Origin: Flavobacteriales bacterium
GTDB taxonomy: Bacteria > Bacteroidota > Bacteroidia > Flavobacteriales_D > Parvicellaceae
Direction: 5' to 3'
Length of the DNA stretch: 64,000 bases
Assembly (NCBI GenBank): GCA_020635565.1
Contig: JACJZN010000010.1
Coordinates: 16,154-80,153, forward strand
Below the pieces are notes generated by a model. It was not told where the DNA came from, made no database searches, and saw only the letters and a list, made by a program, of their open reading frames with translations. Both the position numbers and the translations under genes were made by a program. Positions 29,701 to 38,199 of the stretch are shown here, in pieces. The stretch's first letter is position 1; each line of letters opens with the position of its first letter.

Positions 29701-31870
29701 CCATTTCCTGCTCATAAGCAGCTTTAGCATCCTTTGCTTCCTTTAATTTTTGATTCGCAAGTGTATTATTTACATCGAGATCAAGCGCTCCTTCATAATC
29801 ATTTATCGCACCATCAAAATCCTTTGAACCTAACTTTCCATCTCCAGCTGATATAAACTGATCAAACTTTGCCTGCTTCTGTTCGGCTTCATTCTTGTCA
29901 GCCATTTCCTTTTCATATGCCGCTTTTGCATCTTGTGCCTCTTTGATCTTTTTGTTAGCTTTTGGATCATCTACAGCTAACGCCAATGCTTCCTGATATT
30001 TAGCTATCGCTCCGTCAAAATCTTTAGATCCTAACTTACTATCACCATCAGAAATGAACTGATCGAACTTCTGCTTCTTAGCTGCTTCAGCATCAGAATT
30101 CTCTTTTGCACTTTTTGCATCCTGAGCTTCTTTGATCTTAGCATTAGCTGCAGCGTTATCATAACCTGTATTTAAAGCTTCCGTATATTTTGCGATCGCA
30201 CCATCAAAGTCCTCACTTCCTAACTTCCCATTTCCATCGGCCATGAACTGATCAAACTTCTGCTTTTTAGCTGCTTCAGCATCTGCATTCTCTTTTGCAC
30301 TTTTTGCATCCTGAGCTTCTTTGATCTTGGCATTAGCTGTGGCATTATCAAATCCAGTATTTAAAGCTTCGGTATATTTAGCGACTGCTCCATCAAAATC
30401 TTCGCTTCCCAATTTCGTATTTCCCTCGGAAATAAACTTCTCAAATGCCGCTTTCTTAGCTGCCTCTGCTGCTTCATCCTCTTTGGCTTTCTTTGCATCC
30501 TCCGCAGCTTTGATCTTAGCATTTGCCGCAGCATTATCAAAACCGGTATTCAAAGCTTCCTTATATTTTGCTATAGCTCCGTCAAAATCCTGACTTCCCA
30601 ATTTACTATCCCCATCAGCTATCAACTTATCAAATACTGCTTTTTTTGCCGCAGCATCTGCTTCTTCTTCTTTCTTTTTCTTGAGTTCCTTAGCTTTCTC
30701 CAATTCACTCTTAACTCTACTATCTTCTTTAATATTGAGGGCTGCAGTATATTTTTCTATGGAAGTATTATAATCTTCATTAAGCATTCCTTTATCACCA
30801 GCAGCAACTAATTCATTAAACTTCTGTTCCTCCTCCATCTGCTTTTTGATAATGTCTTCACATTCCTTAATCTTTACAGGAGGTGTTTTTTCAGTTGGTT
30901 TAATTTTTCCAGCTTCCTGATATAGAGTTTTAGCATACGCGTAATCCTTGTCCGCAAAAGCTTTGTCTGCCTCTTTCATTTTTGCCTGAAAATCAGCATC
31001 TACTTGAGCACCTTCTGCTGCCGCCTTTTGCGCTTTTGCATCATTTATTTTAGCATCAATAGTCTTATCTTCTGGCATGATGCTCTTTGCCTTCTCATAC
31101 TTAGCTATAGCTTCATCATAATTTTTAGCAGTCAACGCTCCATCACCAGCCGTCACAGCCTGATCGAAACTCTTCTTTTGTTCAATCTTTTGCTCTGTTG
31201 TGGTGATTTTTGTTGCTACGGTAGGATCATCTTTTTTAATCTCTTTTGCCTTTTCATAGTTGGTCATGGCTTCGGTATAATTACCTGCCTGAAAGGCTTT
31301 ATCTCCATTCTCAACAAACTTTTTGAACTCTTCCTCTTCTTTATTTGCCTCCTTTGCAAGATCTTCAAAAAACTTTTCGTACTTACTTTTTTGGGCACTG
31401 GTATAGGAATAATCTACCGCCAAACCTCCCGTGGCAGGATCAATAGACAATTTCCCTACCTGAAAATCTCCAGAAACCGGACTATAGTCAACATCAGGCT
31501 TCTTTTCATCCAATTCAAAAGGTATTTCGAGAGGAATAGCATCAGGTGTATCTTCTTGAAAATATCCTGTTTTACCATCAATCGTGATCGTTTTACTCAG
31601 ATATCCATCACAACTTGCCGAAATGGTATATACAAAGCCCATTGGTAATTCCAGATCACCGTATTTACCATTGGAACCAACTGTTACCGTCTTTACAACG
31701 GACCCATTTTTTTTTACGGTAATCGTAGCTCCAGTCAGCTTTTTACCTGAAGAGGTAGTCATTCTTCCTTCTACATAAATTGTAGGACTATCCTGTGCCT
31801 TTGTTTCATTATAACCAGAGGCAATAAGAAACAAAACCAACAACCAACTGTATTTTAACAACTTGACCAT
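26753..31870 (-). CDS. 1705-aa secreted repeat protein: carboxypeptidase-regulatory-like N-domain, TPR-like repeats, acidic repeats, compact C-domain
   Basis: Signal peptide; GATITV...GYLSKTITID beta-sandwich; many F..GD..L....DGAI.KY..AL units; D/E-rich tail. Confidence 0.85.
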   Translation of the reverse strand: MVKLLKYSWLLVLFLIASGYNETKAQDSPTIYVEGRMTTSSGKKLTGATITVKKNGSVVKTVTVGSNGKYGDLELPMGFVYTISASCDGYLSKTITIDGKTGYFQEDTPDAIPLEIPFELDEKKPDVDYSPVSGDFQVGKLSIDPATGGLAVDYSYTSAQKSKYEKFFEDLAKEANKEEEEFKKFVENGDKAFQAGNYTEAMTNYEKAKEIKKDDPTVATKITTTEQKIEQKKSFDQAVTAGDGALTAKNYDEAIAKYEKAKSIMPEDKTIDAKINDAKAQKAAAEGAQVDADFQAKMKEADKAFADKDYAYAKTLYQEAGKIKPTEKTPPVKIKECEDIIKKQMEEEQKFNELVAAGDKGMLNEDYNTSIEKYTAALNIKEDSRVKSELEKAKELKKKKEEEADAAAKKAVFDKLIADGDSKLGSQDFDGAIAKYKEALNTGFDNAAANAKIKAAEDAKKAKEDEAAEAAKKAAFEKFISEGNTKLGSEDFDGAVAKYTEALNTGFDNATANAKIKEAQDAKSAKENADAEAAKKQKFDQFMADGNGKLGSEDFDGAIAKYTEALNTGYDNAAANAKIKEAQDAKSAKENSDAEAAKKQKFDQFISDGDSKLGSKDFDGAIAKYQEALALAVDDPKANKKIKEAQDAKAAYEKEMADKNEAEQKQAKFDQFISAGDGKLGSKDFDGAINDYEGALDLDVNNTLANQKLKEAKDAKAAYEQEMADQDAAAKQAQFEKFVAAGDGHLSSNAFDMAINEYESALGLNVNNALANQKIKAAKDAKAAYEAQKASDAAAEAKDKEFNDLIAKGDAAKDARSWEEAKGFYGQAKEVKTDSPIPQKKIDEVNDLMKKELDDETETQFQKYLEKGTALTEAGEYEKAIGLYSKAKGLFAAKEDILNQRIKEVSAMKAKEDEYNKYMASADGLFEAGKWKEAKTDYIKAKGVFDRPRPNEQIALIDQKLADAAAADDAAAEQAKKKQEYDALMAKGKSLKDSKKYQEAIDAYTEAKNILPAETEPQKRINEINDILSNMANENALLEKYQAAIAKADAKRDEAIAAESDDLAIAAKGLYDAAMKIKGDESYPQEQVNYLNNLMEEWAAKFIDKQYQKIIDKADALFAAKNWDGAEELYGRAKDLKPADPYPPAQLEKIKKAKASAGKLDAYNEFVQEGNALFAEKKYQKAIDAYEGALGVKPGAKYPTDKIAEIKALMSDAAQAQKEKIEKENAIEIDPGYYGEEIHMSEEEIEKLWADDRVDEITSKDADYETYKEKVKTDNEDELMFQSDRTESINEDYEQMDTEYAELQELWDEQRKDVLLEIEQYKENKTMEIEGFYDVETNRSNNLNNYYDNSEQARSEYEYSLDENRKENIYDMEEYKLEQSELQLDLAGTEVDVTNENRIYYNDYQNDLEDASEKMDVRREDNIVDMEDYKEIQIDISNDLIDQGVSSTYETYGDYKQMASDYEQFAEDGDLRRKEETVVQMDDFKELQMDINLDNHAESVEKTDAVNDYNMEYRDYLDEFADEMDVPREDNVSAMEIYQSDLSDLYQDGMVINEERSQDNYKDKDKIKEDQLGMDEEESAMVEENMDKMVAYQDNVLDDNASIDNEFSDVGYDNSVVMDSVKTQKATMFSDENIDPLANQYPEGVTEKTFQRTNNLGEVVEITILRIVVRGNKADEYKKVTSKWSTAYFKNGGIINEYIWDTETN
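27137..27949 (-). repeat. Five 54-55-aa acidic repeats inside the large protein
   Basis: D-x2-R-...-M/I-E/D-x-Y/F-K/Q units start at 27949, 27787, 27625, 27463 and 27298 (periods of 162, 162, 162 and 165 nt). Confidence 0.75.
29500..30660 (-). repeat. About six tandem 63-68-aa TPR-like repeats, the central ones with a 189-nt period
   Basis: TTTTTGCATCCTGAGCTTCTTTGATCTT occurs at both 30112 and 30301. Boundaries are approximate. Confidence 0.85.
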
Positions 31871-32010
31871 TTAACTTACAAATGTCGCATTAATAATTTA
31901 AACCTTAAAATCAGCCATAACGAAATTTCAAATAAGAAGTTTCATCGTGCTAAACACCCATGTTTCACATGGCTGTACACTCATATAATGTAAAGGTTCA
32001 AAGAAAGTAA

Positions 32011-32514
32011 CTATTTTTTCTTGTGACTTTCGTATTTCTGTTTTTGTTCACTGGTAAATTTCATATCAACGGCCAGACCTCCAGTGGCCGGATCAACCTT
32101 CAACTTACCAATATAAAATCCTTTCTTTTTCAACTCCTTTCTTTTAGTTAACGATTTATTACTATCTAATTGAAAAGGAATATCCAAAGGAACAATCAAA
32201 GGACTGTCTTCTTCATAATAATTTTCTTTTGAATCGATTAAAATCCTTTTTGTAACATAACCTTTGAGAGAAACTTCCATAATGTATGTTTCCCCCATTA
32301 ATAAATCTACCGCTGCATATTTCCCATTATCACCCGTAAAAAACTCTTTGACAACTGAAGACCTATCTTCATTGTAAAAGACAATTTTTACTCCTTTTAA
32401 CTTTGTACCATCAAAAGAGGTCACCCTACCTTCAATAGACATTTTTGGAGAATCTTCAGCAAAACCGATACTTTGAGAAAGAACCAGCACCAATAAGATC
32501 AATAGATTTTTCAT
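32011..32514 (-). CDS. Secreted stand-alone paralog of the large protein's N-terminal domain
   Basis: Likely start MKNLLI. Shares EGR.T, G.NGKY, EDxP..PL.IPF.LD and GKL..DPATGGLAVD..TS.QK.KYE with 26753-31870. Confidence 0.85.
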   Translation of the reverse strand: MKNLLILLVLVLSQSIGFAEDSPKMSIEGRVTSFDGTKLKGVKIVFYNEDRSSVVKEFFTGDNGKYAAVDLLMGETYIMEVSLKGYVTKRILIDSKENYYEEDSPLIVPLDIPFQLDSNKSLTKRKELKKKGFYIGKLKVDPATGGLAVDMKFTSEQKQKYESHKKK

Positions 32515-32547
32515 AATTTGTAAGTTTACGCTCAAATGTAATCATTT

Positions 32548-33669
32548 ATGCATAGTTTCTGGGAATATCAAGAATGGTTTAAAGAAGTTGATTTTGCAAT
32601 CGTAGGAAGTGGAATTGTAGGTCTTCAATGTGGTCTCTCTCTTAGAAGGAAACATCCGAAAGCGAAGATCATCATTCTAGAAAGAGGATACCTACCATCT
32701 GGGGCCAGTAGTAAAAATGCGGGATTTGCATGTTTTGGGAGTCCTTCTGAAATTCTTGATGATCTGAGATCATCGTCACCAGAAGAAGTTGCCGAACTAG
32801 TTGAGCTTAGAACTAGAGGTTTGGAAATTCTTAAGAACACTTGCGGTGTGAATGAAATTGATTTTGAACAGTTAGGAAGTCATGAGGTATTTACAAACTC
32901 TGAAGAAGAATTATTCCATTCTTGCGCGGAAAAATTGGAGGACTTAAATACTCTGCTTCAACCTATTTTCAATCAAAGAATTTTCGAGATTTCTGATCAT
33001 CGAATTTCAACCTTCGGCTTTAGAAATGTTACACATCTGATTGAAAACAAACTTGAAGGTCAGATCAACACGGGAAAAATGATCCAACGGCTTATTCAAC
33101 TTGCTAGACAGGCAAATATTGAGATCATTAACGGTGCGGAAGTTACTAATTTAGACGACTGGGGGCAATCTGTCACAATCGAACTTAATACTAATTATAA
33201 TTTTGAATCAAAGAAGGTACTTATTGCGAACAATGGATTTGCAGCAAAACTTTTACCCGATTTAGATGTCAAACCTGCCAGGGCTCAGGTATTAGTAACA
33301 TCTCCGATTTCCGACTTAAGACTAAAAGGAACATTCCATATGCTAGAGGGCTTTTACTACTTCAGAAACGTAGGCGATCGCGTATTGTTTGGAGGTGGAA
33401 GAAATTTAGACTTTCTAGGAGAAACAACTACAGAACTATCCTTATCGGAATTGATTCAAAAAGACCTAGAAAAGAAATTAATCGAGATCATTTTACCAGA
33501 CATCAACTTCACAGTTGAGCATCGATGGGCAGGTGTTATGGGTGTAGGACATACAAAAAAACCTATTGTACAGGCAGTCAGTTCAAACATTATTTGTGGT
33601 GTTAGAATGGGAGGAATGGGAGTTGCTATAGGAAGTATTATTGGTGATCAAATGGCTAACCATATGTAG
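32548..33669 (+). CDS. FAD-dependent oxidoreductase (DAO/PuuB-like family)
   Basis: IVGSGIVG, GASSKNAGFACFGS, WAGVMG and GGMGVAIG. Confidence 0.9.
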   Translation: MHSFWEYQEWFKEVDFAIVGSGIVGLQCGLSLRRKHPKAKIIILERGYLPSGASSKNAGFACFGSPSEILDDLRSSSPEEVAELVELRTRGLEILKNTCGVNEIDFEQLGSHEVFTNSEEELFHSCAEKLEDLNTLLQPIFNQRIFEISDHRISTFGFRNVTHLIENKLEGQINTGKMIQRLIQLARQANIEIINGAEVTNLDDWGQSVTIELNTNYNFESKKVLIANNGFAAKLLPDLDVKPARAQVLVTSPISDLRLKGTFHMLEGFYYFRNVGDRVLFGGGRNLDFLGETTTELSLSELIQKDLEKKLIEIILPDINFTVEHRWAGVMGVGHTKKPIVQAVSSNIICGVRMGGMGVAIGSIIGDQMANHM

Positions 33670-34276
33670 TCCAGTAAATAGACAACTGTTGTAGAAGATA
33701 CAATACCATCATAAATTGTATTAGGAGACCTACTCTCACATGATGGACACAGGTTGCCTCTTCTAAATAACGCCTAACATAAATGGTCGCACCGATCAAA
33801 ATAGCGATCACAATAATAATTTGTACCAAACTGGAAGAAATCAACCACATCAACCATATCAAATTCTGCGAGCCAATAAACAGCCCTTTAGTATAGTTTT
33901 TTAGATCTGATTTTAACCCCACCGTCCAAGACCAAATCGACCAAACAAGAAACGTGGCCAACATTAATAATCCAGAAAGGTTTGGATAATCATTGAGCGT
34001 AAGATCTTTCAAGACCATCACGGGCAATAAAAGCAGAATAAAAGCCCCGATCCAATGATTAATCGATCGTAAAAACATAATTATTCCAGAAAACGGAATA
34101 AAAATATACACCATTGGAAGGGGCACCAAGAACTCACCTAGCTGAATCCAATAAACTAAACCATAGAAAAAATAGGCCAACCCAAGACCTCTGAGCATTC
34201 GCAGATCAAAATCAATAGAATTTGTCTGTAATATCAGTGATGGCTGGTCGAGAATTTCTTCGGATTCATCTTTCAT
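33656..34276 (-). CDS. Hypothetical integral membrane protein
   Basis: Multiple hydrophobic segments; a TAATTTTG promoter element lies on the - strand at 34316-34323. Confidence 0.7.
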   Translation of the reverse strand: MKDESEEILDQPSLILQTNSIDFDLRMLRGLGLAYFFYGLVYWIQLGEFLVPLPMVYIFIPFSGIIMFLRSINHWIGAFILLLLPVMVLKDLTLNDYPNLSGLLMLATFLVWSIWSWTVGLKSDLKNYTKGLFIGSQNLIWLMWLISSSLVQIIIVIAILIGATIYVRRYLEEATCVHHVRVGLLIQFMMVLYLLQQLSIYWTTYG

Positions 34277-34360
34277 AGTTCATGAGTGACACGAATTCAA
34301 TATCGCAAATTTGAACAAAATTATTGTGTTGATGTAACCTTTTTCGCATAACTAAGTTAT

Positions 34361-34426
34361 ATGGGTGTAACCTGTTTACGAAGCAAATGGTTTCACTTCG
34401 ATTATTATGACTGGTTATTTCTGTAA
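34361..34426 (+). other. Candidate 21-aa small ORF or small RNA
   Basis: Reads MGVTCLRSKWFHFDYYDWLFL*, followed directly by a + strand terminator that no annotated gene explains. Confidence 0.35.
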
Positions 34427-34432
34427 GGTGGG

Positions 34433-34470
34433 GAAAACCGATTCGAGATGAATCGGTTTTCTTGTTTCTT
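34433..34470 (+). terminator. Orphan terminator-like hairpin
   Basis: Perfect 12-bp stem GAAAACCGATTC-gagat-GAATCGGTTTTC, then TTGTTTCTT. Confidence 0.7.
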
Positions 34471-34474
34471 AACC

Positions 34475-34539
34475 TGACAAAAATCATTTTTTTGCTTGAC
34501 AACATTCATTTTCTCGATGATAGAGATGCTCTTTCTTTG
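34475..34539 (+). promoter_or_regulatory. Tandem Crp/Fnr-type boxes plus promoter
   Basis: TGACAAAAATCA (34475) and TGACAACATTCA (34497); -7 element TTTCTTTG ends at 34539. Confidence 0.75.
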
Positions 34540-34559
34540 CCTCAGTAAATTATTTAACT

Positions 34560-34934
34560 ATGACCGCGAAGGAGCATTTGTTTTATGGGTTTGGACAAGT
34601 TGTCTACTGTCTTTCGTTCTCTGATGGAAAAATTCAGGAAGAGGAGAAAAGAAAATTAGAGGCGATCGTTGACGAAATAGCTGGAAACAATATCGCTTCA
34701 GTCGTTCAAGTTACTCATATAATTTTCCAACTACTAGAAAAAGAACAGGTATTTACTGCTAAAGAGATGCTGAAGGAAGGAATTAAAAACATGAAACTAG
34801 GTGATCATTACCTCTCAGATGACCTCAAATCGATGTTCCTAAAGATACTTCAGCAGATTGCTGAAGCATTCCCTCCTACCACTTCAGAAGAAATGGAAGT
34901 CGTAGCAGCATTTAAAGATGCATTTAATTACTAA
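34560..34934 (+). CDS. TerB-like family protein
   Basis: SDGKIQEEE...L motif and IAEAFPPTTSEE helical pattern. Confidence 0.65.
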   Translation: MTAKEHLFYGFGQVVYCLSFSDGKIQEEEKRKLEAIVDEIAGNNIASVVQVTHIIFQLLEKEQVFTAKEMLKEGIKNMKLGDHYLSDDLKSMFLKILQQIAEAFPPTTSEEMEVVAAFKDAFNY

Positions 34935-34950
34935 TTAATACCTATAAACT

Positions 34951-35232
34951 ATGAGCACACAAGAAACTACACAGGAAACAGGAATTTTCAAGTACGCAGA
35001 AGAAAATAGATTTGGAGTTATATCACTTTTATTGATCTTCATTGGATGCGTTGGTGGATTTACATTGAGTATGGGTGGATTGCACAGCGATGCAATTTTA
35101 ATCGGACTTATTGTAACTACCATGGGTACTTTATCCTTAATGCTTGCAGTACAACCTATGCGATACGTTATTTATGCTGCGATAGCAGCTCTCGCAGTAA
35201 ACATATTATCACTAATCAGTTTAGCATTTTAA
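34951..35232 (+). CDS. Small hypothetical membrane protein
   Basis: 93 aa with three hydrophobic segments. Confidence 0.75.
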   Translation: MSTQETTQETGIFKYAEENRFGVISLLLIFIGCVGGFTLSMGGLHSDAILIGLIVTTMGTLSLMLAVQPMRYVIYAAIAALAVNILSLISLAF

Positions 35233-35233
35233 C

Positions 35234-35596
35234 ATGGCATTTTTACACATAGATAAAAAAACTACTCTTTCTGACCTCCAGGGATGGTTCTCAGAAAGCT
35301 TTCCAAATCTGAAGATTGAATTCTACGATCACTCTCATGATAAAGGAGAGGGAAATACACCTTCTGAACTTCTTAAAGAACTAACTGGGTTGGTTTCACC
35401 AAATGGCAATCCAGAAGTTGAATTAACAATATTTGATGACTACTCCACGAATTTAGTAGAGCATATATTCAGAACAAAATTACATTTGAATGTGCAGGTT
35501 TTCAGAAAGAATGGGAACAAATGGATCCAAACGATTACAACTGATAACTGGACTTTGAAAGAACAGATGGACAGGGCTAAATTCCATATGGAATAA
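35234..35596 (+). CDS. Hypothetical cytoplasmic protein
   Basis: Operonic 120-aa ORF with F...FP.LKIEF and VQVFRK.G..W.QT..TD.WTL motifs. Confidence 0.75.
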   Translation: MAFLHIDKKTTLSDLQGWFSESFPNLKIEFYDHSHDKGEGNTPSELLKELTGLVSPNGNPEVELTIFDDYSTNLVEHIFRTKLHLNVQVFRKNGNKWIQTITTDNWTLKEQMDRAKFHME

Positions 35597-36631
35597 TTAG
35601 AACCTTAAGTTTCTAAGCCCTACACTATCCTGAATGAAAATCTCATTCTTTTTAATACTTATCAATCCTTCCTTTTTAAAATCAGAGAGCGTCCTTATGA
35701 CGCTTTCTGCACTTGTACCTACCATTGCAGCAAGATCCTCGCGTTGCACCTTAAACACAGCATTCTTATCGCTCTTCTTGTACACATCTTCCAACACGCA
35801 TAAGGCTGTAGCTACTCGCATTCTCACACTATCGTAAGCCATAGATATCAGTCGATCCTCACGTTCTTTCAGTTCTTCTGCAAAGATCTGAATAAGTGAA
35901 CCTGCATCTACCACCTGACCTTGGATATATTGATGAACATCATCCTTATGGATCTTGATCAACTCTGTATCTTCCAGACAACTAACACTTTCCGAATATT
36001 CTCCTCCTTTCAATATATCCCACATTCCAATCACGTCATTTTCTTTGAAAATATCAAAGATCAATTCTTTCCCATCCTCGTTTATTCGATAGGTCTTCAC
36101 TTTACCTGAAACGATATAATAAGAGAACGAGGCATAATCAGATTCGCGATAGATGATATCTCTTTTTTCAAAACGAACCTTCTTTTTGTCCTTAATTACC
36201 TGATCAACAAAATCCTGAATACTCTTGGGATCTAAACTTTCTGCTCCTGACTTAATTTTCTTACTCGCCTTATCCAATCTTATCTTAATAGAATTTATCA
36301 AATCCACCTCTTCGAAAGGCTTGGTGAGATAATCATCAGCTCCTAATCCCATTCCTTTACGAAAATCTGACCTATCTGCTTTAGCAGTTAAGAATATAAA
36401 TGGAATATCCTTTAACTTCTCATTATCAGCCATCAATTGTTTCACTCCATAGCCATCTAATTCTGGCATCATTACATCACAAATAATCACATCTGGTTCA
36501 TGATCGATAGCCTTTCGAATACCTACCTTACCATTTTCAGCAGTCTCTACAGAATAACCTGCAAGCATCAACAATTCAGCTGTATTCTCTCTAATCTCGT
36601 TATTATCTTCTATTATTAATATCTTACTCAT
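35597..36631 (-). CDS. Response regulator: receiver domain fused to a Crp/Fnr cNMP-fold and HTH domain
   Basis: IIEDN, CDVMMPELDG, FLTAK and KPF; then IYRESD...YYIVSGKVK; HTH REDLAAMVGTSAESVIRTLSDFKKEGLI. No FNR Cys cluster. Confidence 0.93.
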   Translation of the reverse strand: MSKILIIEDNNEIRENTAELLMLAGYSVETAENGKVGIRKAIDHEPDVIICDVMMPELDGYGVKQLMADNEKLKDIPFIFLTAKADRSDFRKGMGLGADDYLTKPFEEVDLINSIKIRLDKASKKIKSGAESLDPKSIQDFVDQVIKDKKKVRFEKRDIIYRESDYASFSYYIVSGKVKTYRINEDGKELIFDIFKENDVIGMWDILKGGEYSESVSCLEDTELIKIHKDDVHQYIQGQVVDAGSLIQIFAEELKEREDRLISMAYDSVRMRVATALCVLEDVYKKSDKNAVFKVQREDLAAMVGTSAESVIRTLSDFKKEGLISIKKNEIFIQDSVGLRNLRF

Positions 36632-36641
36632 TCTTAATCAG

Positions 36642-38183
36642 TTATTCATTAGTAGGTATTTCAATATAAAAGGTAGTTCCTTTATCCAATTCGCTTTCAA
36701 AACTTATTTTTCCTCCCAGAAGTTCAGTGTATTTCTTTACGATATTCAAACCAAGACCAGTACCCTGAATATTCGAAACATTCTCTGCTCTATGGAACCT
36801 TTCAAACAAATGCTTTTGATCTTTGTCTGGAATTCCAATACCATTATCTGCAACACTGAGAAATAATGTTCCATTAGAAATTTCAAAATCAACATTTACT
36901 ACTCCTTCATTGCCACTATACTTCAATCCATTCGAAAGCAAATTAAGCAATACATTCTTAAGGATTTTTGCATCAGAATAAATAACACAAGGCTTCTCTC
37001 CTTTAATAAATTCTATTCTTTGATTATTCTTGCGATGTGACTCCAACTCTTCTACTGCATACTGAACCAACTCACACATATTCAGTTTCTCGTGGCTTAC
37101 TTCCACTTTATTTTCGTTTAATTTTTCAAATGATAGAAAATCGTTTAGAATATCCGTAAGGTTTCCTACAGAAGATTTAATCCTTGATGTGTGTTTCAGT
37201 CGATTCTCTTGTTGCTCAGTTTTATCGTATTTCTCAATCAAACTTGAAGATGAAAGTATTGCACTTAAAGGCGTTCTAAATTCATGAGATGCCATGGAAA
37301 CAAATCTTGATTTCATTTCACCTAGCTCCTTTTCTTTTTGCAAAGCTTTTGCCTGCTCAATTTCGATAAGCTTTTGTTTCGTAACATTTCTCTCCACTAC
37401 CAGATACCTTTTTCTCTGTCGAGAACTAGATGGAATACTCACGAAATGAACTTCGTAATATTGGTCAGCATTCTCTATAAAACAGATTTGACTTTCTCCA
37501 TTTACAACCCGTTTGAAAGCATTTTCGAGGATAAGCTTGGTTTGATCATTGAATCGATCCAAGTAGATTTTCCCTTTCAATTCTGACTTTTTCAACCCCT
37601 GCTTTTCTAAGCCCATTCCGTCAACGAAAATGCAAACCATATTTTGGTCAACAACATTAATCACCCCATCCGGAAAATTACTTGCAATAGATTGATACAA
37701 CACCTGACTTTCCTCCAACGCTCTTGTTCTTTTTACAACCAACGTCTCAAGTTCTTCGTTCAGTTTTTCCAGATTGTCCTGAGCTTTCTTAAGCTCAAGT
37801 TCCATTTCCACACGTTTAGTAATATCAGTAACTAGTCCCATCACATATCGGGAATCATTCATTTGAAAATAATTCAAACTTACTTCTATAGGGAACACCA
37901 CACCATCTTTTCTCTCTCCTTCCAGGTACATCCCTGTTTTTCCCATTGGACGGGAATGGGGATTATCCATATATTGATCGCGATACCCAACATGACTTGA
38001 ACGTTTTGGCATTGGAACCAGTTTCTCGATCCTTTGACCTATCAATTCTTCTTTTTGATAACCAAACAATTCTAACAACCTCTTATTCACCAGAATTATT
38101 TCGGAACTACTATCAACAACGACAAGCCCCTCTGAGGCGGAGTTAAAAGCAATCTCAAACAATTCGTTCATACTGGAATACAT
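36642..38183 (-). CDS. Cytoplasmic PAS-PAS histidine kinase with a FixL-like heme-PAS domain
   Basis: LVP...HVGY...RPMG...RKDG..FPIEVSL PAS domain; ASHEFRTPL H-box; NLLSNGLKY, DNGIGI and GTGLGL boxes; no TM segment. Confidence 0.93.
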   Translation of the reverse strand: MYSSMNELFEIAFNSASEGLVVVDSSSEIILVNKRLLELFGYQKEELIGQRIEKLVPMPKRSSHVGYRDQYMDNPHSRPMGKTGMYLEGERKDGVVFPIEVSLNYFQMNDSRYVMGLVTDITKRVEMELELKKAQDNLEKLNEELETLVVKRTRALEESQVLYQSIASNFPDGVINVVDQNMVCIFVDGMGLEKQGLKKSELKGKIYLDRFNDQTKLILENAFKRVVNGESQICFIENADQYYEVHFVSIPSSSRQRKRYLVVERNVTKQKLIEIEQAKALQKEKELGEMKSRFVSMASHEFRTPLSAILSSSSLIEKYDKTEQQENRLKHTSRIKSSVGNLTDILNDFLSFEKLNENKVEVSHEKLNMCELVQYAVEELESHRKNNQRIEFIKGEKPCVIYSDAKILKNVLLNLLSNGLKYSGNEGVVNVDFEISNGTLFLSVADNGIGIPDKDQKHLFERFHRAENVSNIQGTGLGLNIVKKYTELLGGKISFESELDKGTTFYIEIPTNE

Positions 38184-38199
38184 AGGCTATAGTGTCTCA

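Noticed and set aside
29500-30660. Long direct repeats considered as a CRISPR array or mobile element
   Set aside because: The period is 189 nt, in frame and coding, with no unique spacers and no cas or transposase genes.
31004-31648. 214-aa + strand ORF opposite the large repeat protein
   Set aside because: Its Phe/Leu/Cys-rich composition is the expected antisense reading of Lys/Glu/Ala-rich codons.
34266-34505. 79-aa - strand ORF across the intergenic region
   Set aside because: It overlaps a promoter element, a terminator hairpin and the regulator boxes, and has no protein-like features.
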